A DNA stretch of 64,000 nucleotides from Podarcis gaigeae. Taxonomy: Eukaryota. Shown here piece after piece: positions 24,201-36,200 of the stretch. Each line of letters begins with the position of its first letter. The first letter of the stretch is position 1. The notes below the pieces were generated by a model. It saw only the letters and a program-made list of their open reading frames with translations, was not told where the DNA came from and did no database searches. The position numbers were made by a program, and so were the translations under genes. The stretch lies in assembly GCA_964106915.2 (NCBI GenBank), contig OZ066917.1; one strand, written 5' to 3'.

Positions 24201-27200
24201 GTCTGTAACCCGAGGTTCCACTGTACTGCAGTCACACAATTAACTGTTCAGTAACTGAACTGGGTTCCACACAGTCACAAAAACAAAAAGAGAGAGCCGC
24301 AAAAACAAAAGCGCAAAATAAATAGACAGACCTCAGTGTAACACTCAAAATGAAAGTGTGGCACTCAAATTGGAAGCGTAACACTCAAAACAGAACACAT
24401 TCAGCTTCTGATGAAAGTTCGCAAACTGGAACACTGGGTTTGCAGTGTTTGGGTTCCAAGTTGTTTGAGTACCAAGGTGTTTGAGAACCAAGGTACCACT
24501 GTATTTGGTGGTGGTGCTGGTGATAATAATGATAAAGACTGGGAATGTGGAGGAGGAGGCTGCCAAGAGAAAAACCTGTTACAAGAGAAAGAAGAGGATG
24601 AAAAGTGCCTGGCTGGTTTTGGGGGGTGGGGCTGTGTACAAATTGTGAAAGGAGAAAAGCAGAATAAATGGCAGGATAAAAGTAAAACTACTTTGAGCCA
24701 CATGTGGGGGAGAGAGGGAAATAAAGCGACACGTCTTCCACACCATGTGCTGTGCATGCAAAAGGTCCCAATCTCAATTCCTATATGGTAAAGGACTCCT
24801 GCCTAAAATACTGCGGAGCTGCTTCCAGCCACTGGGGAATGCAAGTGGAAAATGCATGCAAGTGGGATTTGTAGTTCTAATTTGCCTGGTGTTGCCCTAC
24901 CTAAATAATTCAGGGAAAAATTCAGGGAAAGAATTAACACCTTCCTCTTCTCATTTGGCATTCTGACTTCATCACTAATAGTTGGATGAGGATTCCCATT
25001 GTACAAAAGGTTTTTCTTCTTCTAAGCATCCTTTGTCACTTGTAAGCTCTTTTTAGCTGCATGGAAATAATGTGTGTAAGCTCTATGCAAAAGTACACTA
25101 GTTTAATCCATCACCATTATAATACTACTAATTCAGCACTGATGTCAGTTTTAATTTGGAACATTAGTGCGGGGAGATGATAGATGGCAGAAAAGTCCAT
25201 TGTTAAAATTTATATGGCAAGAGACCACACCTACCTACAGCAGTATAAAGCTGAAATTTTTACTCTTGACGTGGGTGCAATTGTCGGCTAACACTTACTC
25301 TCTTGACCTGTGGAAAATCATTTTTGCTTGTATGTGTACCTTTACGTTTAAGGCCGGAAATGGCCCTTTGCCCGTAACAAAATGTACCTGTACCTGGTTG
25401 GTGCTTCATCGTTCTTCTGTTTAAAAACCATATAATGGAATCTCCAAGATAGGTGGGGATGTTTTGAAAAACATTCAGTTTTATTTCCTGAGCCAAAATT
25501 CCATCGCAGGCTTGGAAGATCTGAGGCTTGAAGTAGTTTCCATTCTTTCATGCACATAACAATTAAAAGAGGGGGGAAAGCAACACTGTATTTTAGAGCG
25601 TTAAAGGTTACATTTTATTGCGGTAAATAAGATGATGAAACTCAGCCTTCGGTTTGCATGAGTAAACGTACTCAGAGTGAAGATGATAAAATTGTAGAAA
25701 AGTTGAGTCTTTCGCCGAACCTACTTGGTGTCAACCCCTAGATGCATTCCAAGATTATAAATTGATTCCCAGTACTTCTACTATGTAATGGAATGCTGCA
25801 ATAAAGTGTCGCGCCAGATAGCTTTCACATACCCTTTGCATTCAGGAACTAGGAATACTGTGGAAAAGACACAGTGGAAGAACTTTTTTTTCCTCCTTTC
25901 TCCCCACCTGAAAAAATGCCTTGTTAAACAGGCTAAAGTTTTAAAATGCAGTTATTCTACAGCAGTCTCACTGAATCAGTGGCACTGCTTTGGAGTAGTA
26001 ATATTTATAACTCGCTGCTGAAATCTCTTGCTTCAAGACTTACGTTTTTCTCCTCTGTCACATGTCCATAAATCTCACATATCAAGCTGTTTTATTGGGT
26101 TTCTCTAGCACCCATAATCTTTTGTGTAACTGATTCTGCCTCTTATTGTCTAGTACCCCTTCCCTGAAATCATTCCCGTGTTCAGGGTCAAGTTGCTCCC
26201 CTCCTGTGTTGTTCCTGCACTTACAGGACACTGGACACCATTAAAGCAACTGAAGGGTTGAAGCCCAGCTGAGTTGTAAATGTGCTCATGGGTGTTCTAA
26301 TGTAAGTGTATCCAGAAGGCATGTTGAATCAGAACAGAGGGCTTCACGTTGGGCTGCATTATTCTCGACAGTCTTGTGAATATTGATAGCAGCCTGGTTA
26401 AGATCACATTCTGCCCAACTCTCCCAACAGTGCATCATACTTCCTAGTGCAAGGGTGGGGCATATTCCCTCACAAGCAATCTTCCAGGACCTTTATGGCA
26501 GGGGTGGGAAGGGCCGTCTGCAAAAGTGAACAGAGCAGCAGATGCAACATTCCTGCCACACACGAGCCAGAAGGTTCTACAGATCTCCCACATCGCTAGA
26601 TAGCTCAGTTGGTTAGAGCATGGTGCTGACCACACTAAGGGAACAGGTTCGATCCCCATATGGGGCAGCTGCATATTCCTGCACTGCACTTCGGCTAGAT
26701 GATCCTCGAGGCCCCTTCCAGCTCTGCAGTTCTGTGATCCTAGCAAGAAAGAGCCTTTGTCACTGTTCAACAACAGGTTCCAGCCAGGCAAAAGCATTGG
26801 AGGGGAGCGAGCAGCAGTGAGAGTGAGTGGTGCCCTGGAGAGAATCTAGGGGGATGCATTTGGCCCATGAGCCAGGGCTTCCCCATCCCTGCTCTGTTGT
26901 GAACAAGATACAAACCCAAGTTAGGGTTGTGCATATAGGACTGAGGTATCTTCACGGCTGTGGTCACAGGGGAGCTGGCTTTGCCTCCTCCCCTTGCTGT
27001 ATCTGTGCGCACCTTTTTCCTCTCTATGTGAATAAGTGCTTGATTCAAAGTGCTGGTTTTGAGCTATAAAGCATTAAACAGCTCAGGACTGCTATACCTC
27101 AGGGAGTGTTTCTCTCCATATGAACTGACCTGGACCCTGCGACCATCATCTTGGGTGCTTCTTTGTGTACCTCCTCCACAGGAGATCCAGAACATGAGAA

Positions 27201-30200
27201 CGGGCCTCTGCAGTGGCTGCTCCCCGTTAGTGAAATTCTCTCCCCGGGGAAATTTGGCTGGTGCCTTCATTATATAGCGGTACCTTGGTTCTTGAACGTA
27301 ATTTGTTCCGGAAGACCATTTGAGTTCTGAAACATTAGAAAACCAAGGCGCAAATGGCTTTTAAATTGAGAAAATTTAAAAACACGCAGCAGAAGCCGTT
27401 CGACTTCTGAGGCGCATTCAAAAGCATTTACTTCCAGGTTTTTGGCATTCGGGTTCCGAAACATTAGGCAACTGAGACGTTTGAGAACTGAGGTACCACT
27501 GTACACCTTTAGGCACCAGATGAAAACGTCTCTCTTTAACCAGGCCTCTGGCTGATTAATATCTCATGCCCTTTTAAATGTGCTGGGTGGGGGGGGGGCT
27601 ATTGGTTTGTTTCTGTTATTGTTTTTCTTATGCATTTTGTGTTTTTTATATTGTAATTTTATGTTGTGAACTGCCCTGAGATCTACAGATTTGTTTTAAT
27701 AAACAAACAAACAAAAATATTTGTTGTGGGGGAGGGTGTGCTATGTTTGGGGTCTGTTGTGGTATATAGGACCGTGTTCCAGAAACTTACCCCCTCCCCT
27801 TACCCCATTAAGAGCTGAGTTTGGGAGTGGGCAAGGAATCTGCAATCCTCACTAATCTCATCAACATCATGTTGTTCGGATGCCTAATTATCGTCTTCTA
27901 GAGCAACTACTCTATTCCCAACTTAAGAATGAAAAGTGAAATATTTAAAGAGGTTTAAAGACTCTCTCAAGGCAAATCTTTAAAAATGTAGTAGAAACAC
28001 TGACAACTGGGAAACACTGGCCTGTGAGTGCCCCAATTGGAGAACAGCCTTTACCAAAGGTGTCATGGACTTTGAAGACACTTGAACTCAGGACGAAAGG
28101 GAGAAATGTGCTAAGAGGAAGGCACATTTGGTAAACCCTCACCGTGATCAACTCCCACCCAGAAACTTATGTCCCCACTGTGGAAGGATGTGCAGATACA
28201 GAATTGGCCTCCACAGTCATTTACGGATTCACTGTTAAAATCATGTTCATGCAAGACAGTCTTACTCAGCTACAAGTGATTGCCAAAGAAGAAAGAAGAA
28301 GACTTCCAAATGTATCTCCATGGCCAAAGGTCATGGAGGCTAGGAGATGTAGTGCAGCACATCTGGAAGGCACTAGGTTGCAGAAGGCAAAGGGGCTTTC
28401 CAACTTCCCATTCATGAAAGACAAACCAAGCATAAGTCAGTATTTAAGCCTCTATCTCACATGATTTACCTAGTTCTCACTCATTGCATTGGCACTACTG
28501 CAGCAGTGAAGGAGGAGAGAGGAGCGCCCCATCATGCCTAAGGAAGGGGAGGGTATAAAAACAAAGCATGAGGGGCCATGGCTTGCCATATCATTGCCAT
28601 TTGGTCCTGCTGCCCCCAAAGGCAACCACTGTTTGCAGTGATGGTCTTTTACTGTAACCTGCAATGATAAGTCTTCTGTTGCCCCATGATGACTGCTTCT
28701 CGTTATCCTGGTTCTATGCACAACAGGTGATGCAATAAAGTAGAAAGTTAAGTTAATAAAAAGGATAAGAATTACCTAAAAGTTTTATTTTATTTTATTT
28801 TTGTCCGTATTGCAGGAACATTTGAACAGGCTGTTCCTATTAGTTCTGAACACTGTGCTTTCCTGAGCATTGTGGGAATTAGAATATTTTGAAGTTGGCA
28901 GTTTGGTTCTGTTTCATATTACTTCCATTTTCCCCATAAAAGAATCTGAAGAAATGCCACAGAACTTGATCAAAGTTTTGACTTGCAGATGATTGAGTGA
29001 TTTTTTTTTTTCTTTTACAGGTAAAACTTTAGCCAAGAAACTGACAAAAAAGGTAAGCAAAGTGCTCCTGCTGTTTTTCAAGAGAACACTTGTTCTTTCT
29101 GCTACTTGTTTTAATGGATTCCTGTTTCAAGACTAACTTGGTATTTATTTTGTTTGTTCAAAGGAGGTAGAATCGACTCTAGGAAATGTTGCAAAGACTA
29201 AACCAGGGCCAACTTTTTTTAGAGACCTCGGAGATAAAGGTAATGGCTTAAGTCATTAGTGGAATTTGTTTCTAAGGGAATACTGTTCATTTTTAAAGAT
29301 GAATTCTCAGGGTCTGGAAATTCTTATTGATCTGTGCAGGCTGAAATGAATTATTTCTTTAGGTATTGTAGCTGTTTGTAAGATTGGGAACGTAAGATTG
29401 GGAACAGGAGGCATATTTACAAATTCATTAGATTACCCCAAATAACTCTGGTTAGCAAGCAGGGAGACTTGAAAGTTTATGGTTTGTGTTTTTTTAAGGA
29501 AACCAGGATGGTGGAGAACAATAATTCTGAAAATCATTTTTGAAGTGTACTACAATATAGGAAACCATGGGATCCGAGGGGTCCCTGGGCTACATTTACA
29601 TTGGGGTATCATTAAATTGAGCTCTGCTCCATGCATTGACTAGCTGGTACTAGAGAAGATCTGCATGGCAATGTGCTCCAAAAGACTTGGGTGCCTTTGA
29701 TTTGACATCCCATGGCCAGTGACTAAAGTGTGGCTTGCTTGCATACATTACTTTTATATGCAAAGGATAGCTGTCACAACCCAGAGAAGGTTGTGAAATT
29801 CCACCAGAAAAGGGCTGGGGGCAAGAGGGTGGATGGATCCTCAGTTCCACTAATAGCAGGAGATGATCCATATCTTCAACAGAGCATCTATCTAGGGATC
29901 TGCCAAACCAACCCAAACAGCACAGAGAGAATGTACCCTGTATTGATAAGAAGGTACATAACAGCTTGCACACAAAAAAATGAAACACGTAAACATGCCC
30001 TTGATCCTATGTTGTTTGATCTGAAGGAAAACCGGAAACTAGGAATTAGGGTCCCTTTAGGGAAAGACAGCATGTCCTGTTACTACATGGACACAAGCAG
30101 GGAGAACATTTGTTTATGTCCATAGCTCTTCTAATTCCAGCTTACATGTTCTTAAGACTTGTGTGAATCTGTGATCTTTGTACAGGCTTAACATTTCTGT

Positions 30201-33200
30201 AGGATCCTTGGTTATCTTCAGTTACGGTGATGATATTCCACTTTATTGAGCTGCTTATTTGAAAGGTAGAGATATTGCATGGAATCACCTACAAGCGTAG
30301 TTTATTTATTCAGCACTTTTTGAATGGATTTGGGCTCCCCCTCCCACCTCCTCACTAAGCCACTTCACTGTTCTCTAATTCTGAGGCTTCACTCTTAAAA
30401 CATTATGGATTTTTCAAAGTGGGGAATCTTTATTTCTAAGCATCTAGAAGAAGCTGGGAATCCACAGTTTACCCCATACCAATACCTTATCAAGAGCATG
30501 AACACTCATTGGATTTTAGTTGAAGACAATTATGCCTCCTAGTGGAATGTCTGTAACTCCCCATTTTATCATTTACTGTTAATTTTGTGTTTTGTGTGTA
30601 TCTAAAATTTTTGATAATTGCAAGTATAAACGTCACAATTTTTAGCCCTCTTTTTTAGAAGTTAGAAAATAATTACACTCAAATTAAAAGGTTTGGTTCG
30701 TGTGTGCTGCATCATCACCATCTCACTGTGTTAAAGTTCTGTAATTTTTAATTCTGATCACATGGATACATGATTCTTTTCTTTTCTATGATTGCACCTT
30801 TATAATCTTTGAACAAAATAAATTATGTTTGCTCTTTTGAAATAAAGCACATTCCAGAAAGGAATTCCGTTTAACATTGGATAGAATTCTCTGGCAGGTC
30901 TATGGAACAGCTAAGTAAAAGCTGTGATGAACTATTATGAAATTGAGTCCACAGTAAAAATGTGCTTCGAGTCAGCCAGATGTATGTTGACAATAATAGG
31001 ATCGACCATGGACAGAAAAAATGTAAAATATCTTCTGACTTTGAAAAAAAACCCCAAACAAATCCTTAAGTAGGTTTAGTAAAAGAATTATTTGCACAAC
31101 TTTTCTGAAAATAGCCTATTGCAGTGTTGTACTTTCAAACTGTAAATAGCAAGAGAACCCACACTTTGAAGTGTAAAACAGTATTTATTTCATTTAAAGG
31201 AAATGAATTCAAAAGGTTGGGAGCCATGTGGAAACTGGTATAAGCTTACAACATAGCACCTGCTCCATGTGGGGGAGGTAGTTGTCTTTAACCACTCGCT
31301 GGAGCATTTAAACCCAGGTTTTACAAGTGGTTACTCTGGGGCTTATTTGTTTATTATTTCCATTTCTGAATCTCTTCCTCTGAAACATATTGAAGCGATT
31401 TAACAATAAAAACAGCAACAATTAAAACATATATGAAACAATCAAAACAACTGCATATATAAAACCATTTCAGATCCAATACAGATACAGGCAGAATCTA
31501 ACCACAACATGGCCCTGAGGAGTGCTATATTTCAATTGAGGCACAGGTTCAATGGCCAAAATTCCTATTGCCTTTTGCTTCCATTCTAATCCTGTGAAAT
31601 GGAACTGACTGTATTCAGTTGCCTCGCCCAGCTAGGACAAAGTTGTAAGGAAAAGTCAAGAAACTCAAAAGCAATAGAGTAAGAGATGCGCTTTGAACAT
31701 TACAGGACCACCATGAGAGGCACTCTTCCTTGGGTTCATCCCACAGCACTTGTGTAATGTTGAGAGACCCACAACTATGAGCCAGGTTCCCCAGAGTGCT
31801 GGAGAAAGACCCTAGCTATCAGCCCTGCTTTTGAAGTGGTGGATCTGGAAACACTACATGGTTATCATTGGAGCAACACAGAGAAAAGTTGTTTCCACTA
31901 TGCAGACATAACATTTTAATATTCCCCGTAATCTGACATAGATGAGTAGCCACTTTGAGTCCTCCTGCTTCTGGACAGTGCTGGCGCTAAGACAGACACA
32001 GCAGTGCCACACAGCGCACTGCAAGTTCGTAGAACGCTACCTATCTAAATTCAGTTATGAATTGCAGGCAGAGCACAGTACACGGGAATATTTTTTACGC
32101 GCAAGTCATAAGGAAGGCTGTTTGCCTACCAATTTGCTAAATGTAAATTAAAGAAATGGCTTCCCTGTAGATAGTGGAGTTAAAACATCTGCTTTTAACA
32201 GGTTCTTCCATTATGCAGGATGGTATTTGGCTCGCATGTTAAAAGTAGCCTGATTATTATTTTTTTAAGTTACTTATATGAGGCCACTCTTAAAAAAAAA
32301 ATCCTCAAAGTGCTCTTACAGGACAGGAGGGATGCTTTAGATTCTTTTGTTGAAACCATACTTCTTTATATACTTCTCTATCTTTAGCTGGCATGTTGCT
32401 ATTTTGACACTGTCGCATCTTTGTGTTTGTTCAGGCTATTCGTTTAAGTCGGCCTTTCAAAGGGAGGTGGTGGAATTTTCCTTTAAAAAAGGAAGGGGGG
32501 AAACACTTTCACCTTGCAGAAAGGACGTGTTCAGACTTTTTCTTTTTTTTTAAGCGAAGCCTCTTCTTGGCTCTGGGCCCAGCAGCCCTATCAGTGCAAT
32601 CTAGCAGCTTGGCAGCTTTGTGTTGCCATATTCCCCTGGAGACTTAGAGAAAATCTGGTCTTCGCTTTTTCAAGACTGCCAAGGGATGAAATACTTTGAT
32701 CCTTCAGAGTAACGTTAGAGTAGCTCTCCTCCCAGGTACTAAATATGACAAAGCACACTTAATTTATTCATCCTTCGTATAAACACGGAATATTTTCTGC
32801 GAAAATCCAAAGATTTAGTGCAGACCTTTTATTAATGCCAAATAAACCCAAGTCTCTTAATGAGACATCAACATGACGGGGGATTGCAGAATAAGAAGTT
32901 CACTGCCAGAGCACTAGAATGGGGAACAGAAACATCTGACTTGACTGATAAATAATAGCGACTACCTCCTTTATTTGTTACGCAGAGTTGAATGGGATAA
33001 TCTTTTCAAAAGTGGTTGATTATGCAAGCCACATTAGTATCCTGATTCTGAATTCTGTAATTTTCGCATTTTACTGTTTTGTTTCAGGATTGATCTCCTA
33101 CACAGAGTACCTCTTTTTGCTGACAATACTCACAAGTAAGTAGTTTGCTAGTTAGCTGTACATTGTAGTATGAAAGAATCACTATTACTAGCTTCCATGT

Positions 33201-36200
33201 CACTAGTGAATTTTCTTATAACATAAAAATCCAACTTCAAAGTTCAGTCAATAAATTACTTGCAAGAATAGCGATGAGTGAAACAACCTTCCCCCTCCAT
33301 TCTTCTGAAATTGGAACAGCTTGGAACAGACTAAAGAATTTCCACGCATACTGGGAAATGGCTTGCCTTATTCCAGGGAAATGTGGGGCAGGATGGGTGT
33401 TTCAACAGGATCTGATTTAACTCTAGATATATGACAGGGCTGTGTACTTCTGTTAAGCACCCATTCACCTACCATTCTCCCAAGCTCCTTCCTCCACCCA
33501 CCTGCTTATCTTGCAGCTGCTATAGCTCTGGTGGTGGCAGCAGGGGGGGAGAAAGAGGGGGGATCCTCCCCCACCCTCACCCCACGTGCCTGGCACTGAG
33601 ATACAAACAGCACCGAGACTGAAACTCTAGGAAACGTTAAGTGGAAAGGAAAGGGTTTGAAGCTCACAGGTCGATGGGAGTGGCAAGGTAGAAAGAGCTT
33701 GGGAACCATAGTGCTCACTTTGTACATCAGGCCTGCATTTTGAGTTGTGCCAGCATCCAGCCACCCCGCCCCTCTTCTCTCCCTTTCCCCAGAATGCCTC
33801 TAGGCTCACATGGGCCTAGAGGAAAGGAGGGGGGGGCAACTGGACACCTGTGCCTGGCTTCCTGCCGCCCCTGGAACACCAAAGGAAAGGAAAAGGGACT
33901 GTGTTGCTGCCTCGTAAACTTGGAACTTGGGTGACAATGGGGCATGTGTGCCTATTTTCCTGCAATTTTTTTCGGGTGCACATTTTGCTTGGGTTTTGCA
34001 CCTGTCTCAGGAGCTTTTTTTGAGTTGTACTGTCATGCTTTTTCTTTCAATTCACAAACTTCTGTGCACCCAAGGAGTTCCCATGACATACAGGTATGCA
34101 GAAATCACTGTCTACCTTATATTTGGCTGGCTGTGTTTCATTTCCAAATTCAAATGCGTGCAGCCACAAAAGTTTGCTATTCGAAGGAATATATGTATCA
34201 TATAATGCATATCTGAGGACCATTGGAATTCTATCACAAATGTTCTAGGATCTCTAGAGCAGGTATCTCGTTTTTAATGACAACGTGTCTTCCTACCTTT
34301 AACTTTTTGTTTCACTTTTAATGTTAACTAATACTATTTGTCTTACCCATTTTGCTCACTATTCATTCGGGTAAGGTAAACAGATGAATTCCAGAACAGT
34401 CTGTGAGCTTACTGATTTTGATATTCACCCATATCACTTTACTACCTAGCCTTGTACTACAAAATGAAATACAGCAATTGAAGGGTATTGAGTAGGAACT
34501 ATTGTTGTAGACATCCGTCTGTCTCAGGACAATGGAGTGCACCTTCGGGGGTAAAGCCAAATTGCTGCGTTAGCAACACCAGGGTGCAACCGTGGGCAGT
34601 GTGTATGGAGGTCCTGCGCTGCCCAGATGAGAAGCAGACACACACACCCGCCTCACTGGAAAGCAGAGCAATACATTTGGCACCAGCCTGGCTGCGGGAG
34701 TTGCTGGAAGGCCCACAAGGCAGAGGAGGTTTAGGATCAGAGTTTATCTTCTCCTATATGGGCTTCCCAGGTTGACAAACCCCATCTTGTATAACCACAT
34801 GAGTGGAAGTGTTACACATTACTGGGAAGAACCATGCAGATAGTTGCACACCAGTCTCCATGGTTCTGCAGCATATCCAGTCCTGTTTGTGAACGTGTGG
34901 CCATTAGTCAGATAATTTGGACTATGAAACAGAAGGGCTGTCTAAAGCTCTTCTGACATGAAATATTGGTAGGTAGACGCTCCTTAGGGCTATTAATTTT
35001 GGGTTGGCTGAGACTCCGACTTTGCAGTTTTAATTACTCTTGAGTCATGTTTTGAAGGTTACTGAACAGCTATAAAATCTAAGGATTTTGTTTTTGTTGG
35101 CTTTTGTAAAATGAAAGCTGAGATTCTGGGGAATCACTAAGTGGCCAAATCAAAATGAGGGAGAATTATGCAACCACATAAACATGTTTTACAAGGGTCT
35201 TTGTAAAGTGTCACTATAAAGCCGATACATATATGAAATATATTCCCTTTTTCCTTAATAGTACTGACCTTCCATATCTTGTATTAAGAAAGGAGCGCAG
35301 ATCCGCCTCTCTGTCATATCACACTAAGCCTTTATAAATCTCTTTTCCCAAAAACTGCAGTAATTTGTTTGTTTAGGTATTTATTAAAATATTTGTAATC
35401 CAGATTTTCATAAACGTATATTGAAGCAGTATACAACAAACAAAGTTGTAATACGATCAGAGAAAGCTTCTATAAAAATAACATTTAAAGCATCAATAAA
35501 TGCTGGTTGGTTAACAAGAGAAATTCATATTGCAGAGGACTATCTAAACAATTCAGTTTTCAGAAGACGTCTAAAAGAAGGCAGGGATGGTTCCTTGCAA
35601 ACTTAGTTTTCTACCATCTAAAAAAGAATGTCTTGCTTTCTCCACTAAAGTGCCTTTTCCTGATAGATTTTGAGTAATATTTTTGTGAATAAACATCGCT
35701 TGTTTCAAAATGAGCAGTTATGGAAATGGTTATGACTAAATAGACAATGGGTAGTTTAAAACAGCTTTGAAAATGATGCCAGTTTTCACAGGTTACTTAT
35801 GCAGCTGAACAATCAGGCTGCAGCAGAGGGAGAGCAGGGCCATTCCGTTGGCTGCTGAAAGGGCAGTCCCAATCGGGTTCCTTCTCTCCCTGAACTGCTT
35901 CCATTCCTTCTGGTCATTATAAGAACTACTGTTTAACTTTCAGAGCTGGTGCTCAGATTCTCTTTCTTCCTTTCTCTCTCTTTCCCCCCTTTTTTGTCAT
36001 GTGGATTGTATTTCTCTGAGCAGGAACTGACTTGCTTTTATTGATCATACATAAACTGGTTTGGGAGCATTCTTGGCTGATGAGCAGGACACAGATTCTT
36101 CAAACAAAGAACACGAGGTTCGGTGTCGTCACCCTCGCTCTTGTGATTTTTCCAGGGTTGACACCGGGAGCAGTTCTTTGACTTGCATGGTACCTCTCTG

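Noticed and set aside
26595-26670. tRNA-like sequence with A and B boxes
   Set aside because: The cloverleaf is broken and it continues into a CR1-type tail, so it is a SINE and not a tRNA gene. The same holds for the SINE head at 41355.
29730-30125. 131-aa intronic ORF and an LTR-like start (tgtcacaaccc)
   Set aside because: No recognisable domain, and no second LTR, TSD or primer-binding site found.
36070-36120. CTGATGAG cores here and near 50557 as possible hammerhead ribozymes
   Set aside because: No stem II followed by GAAA and no closing stems.
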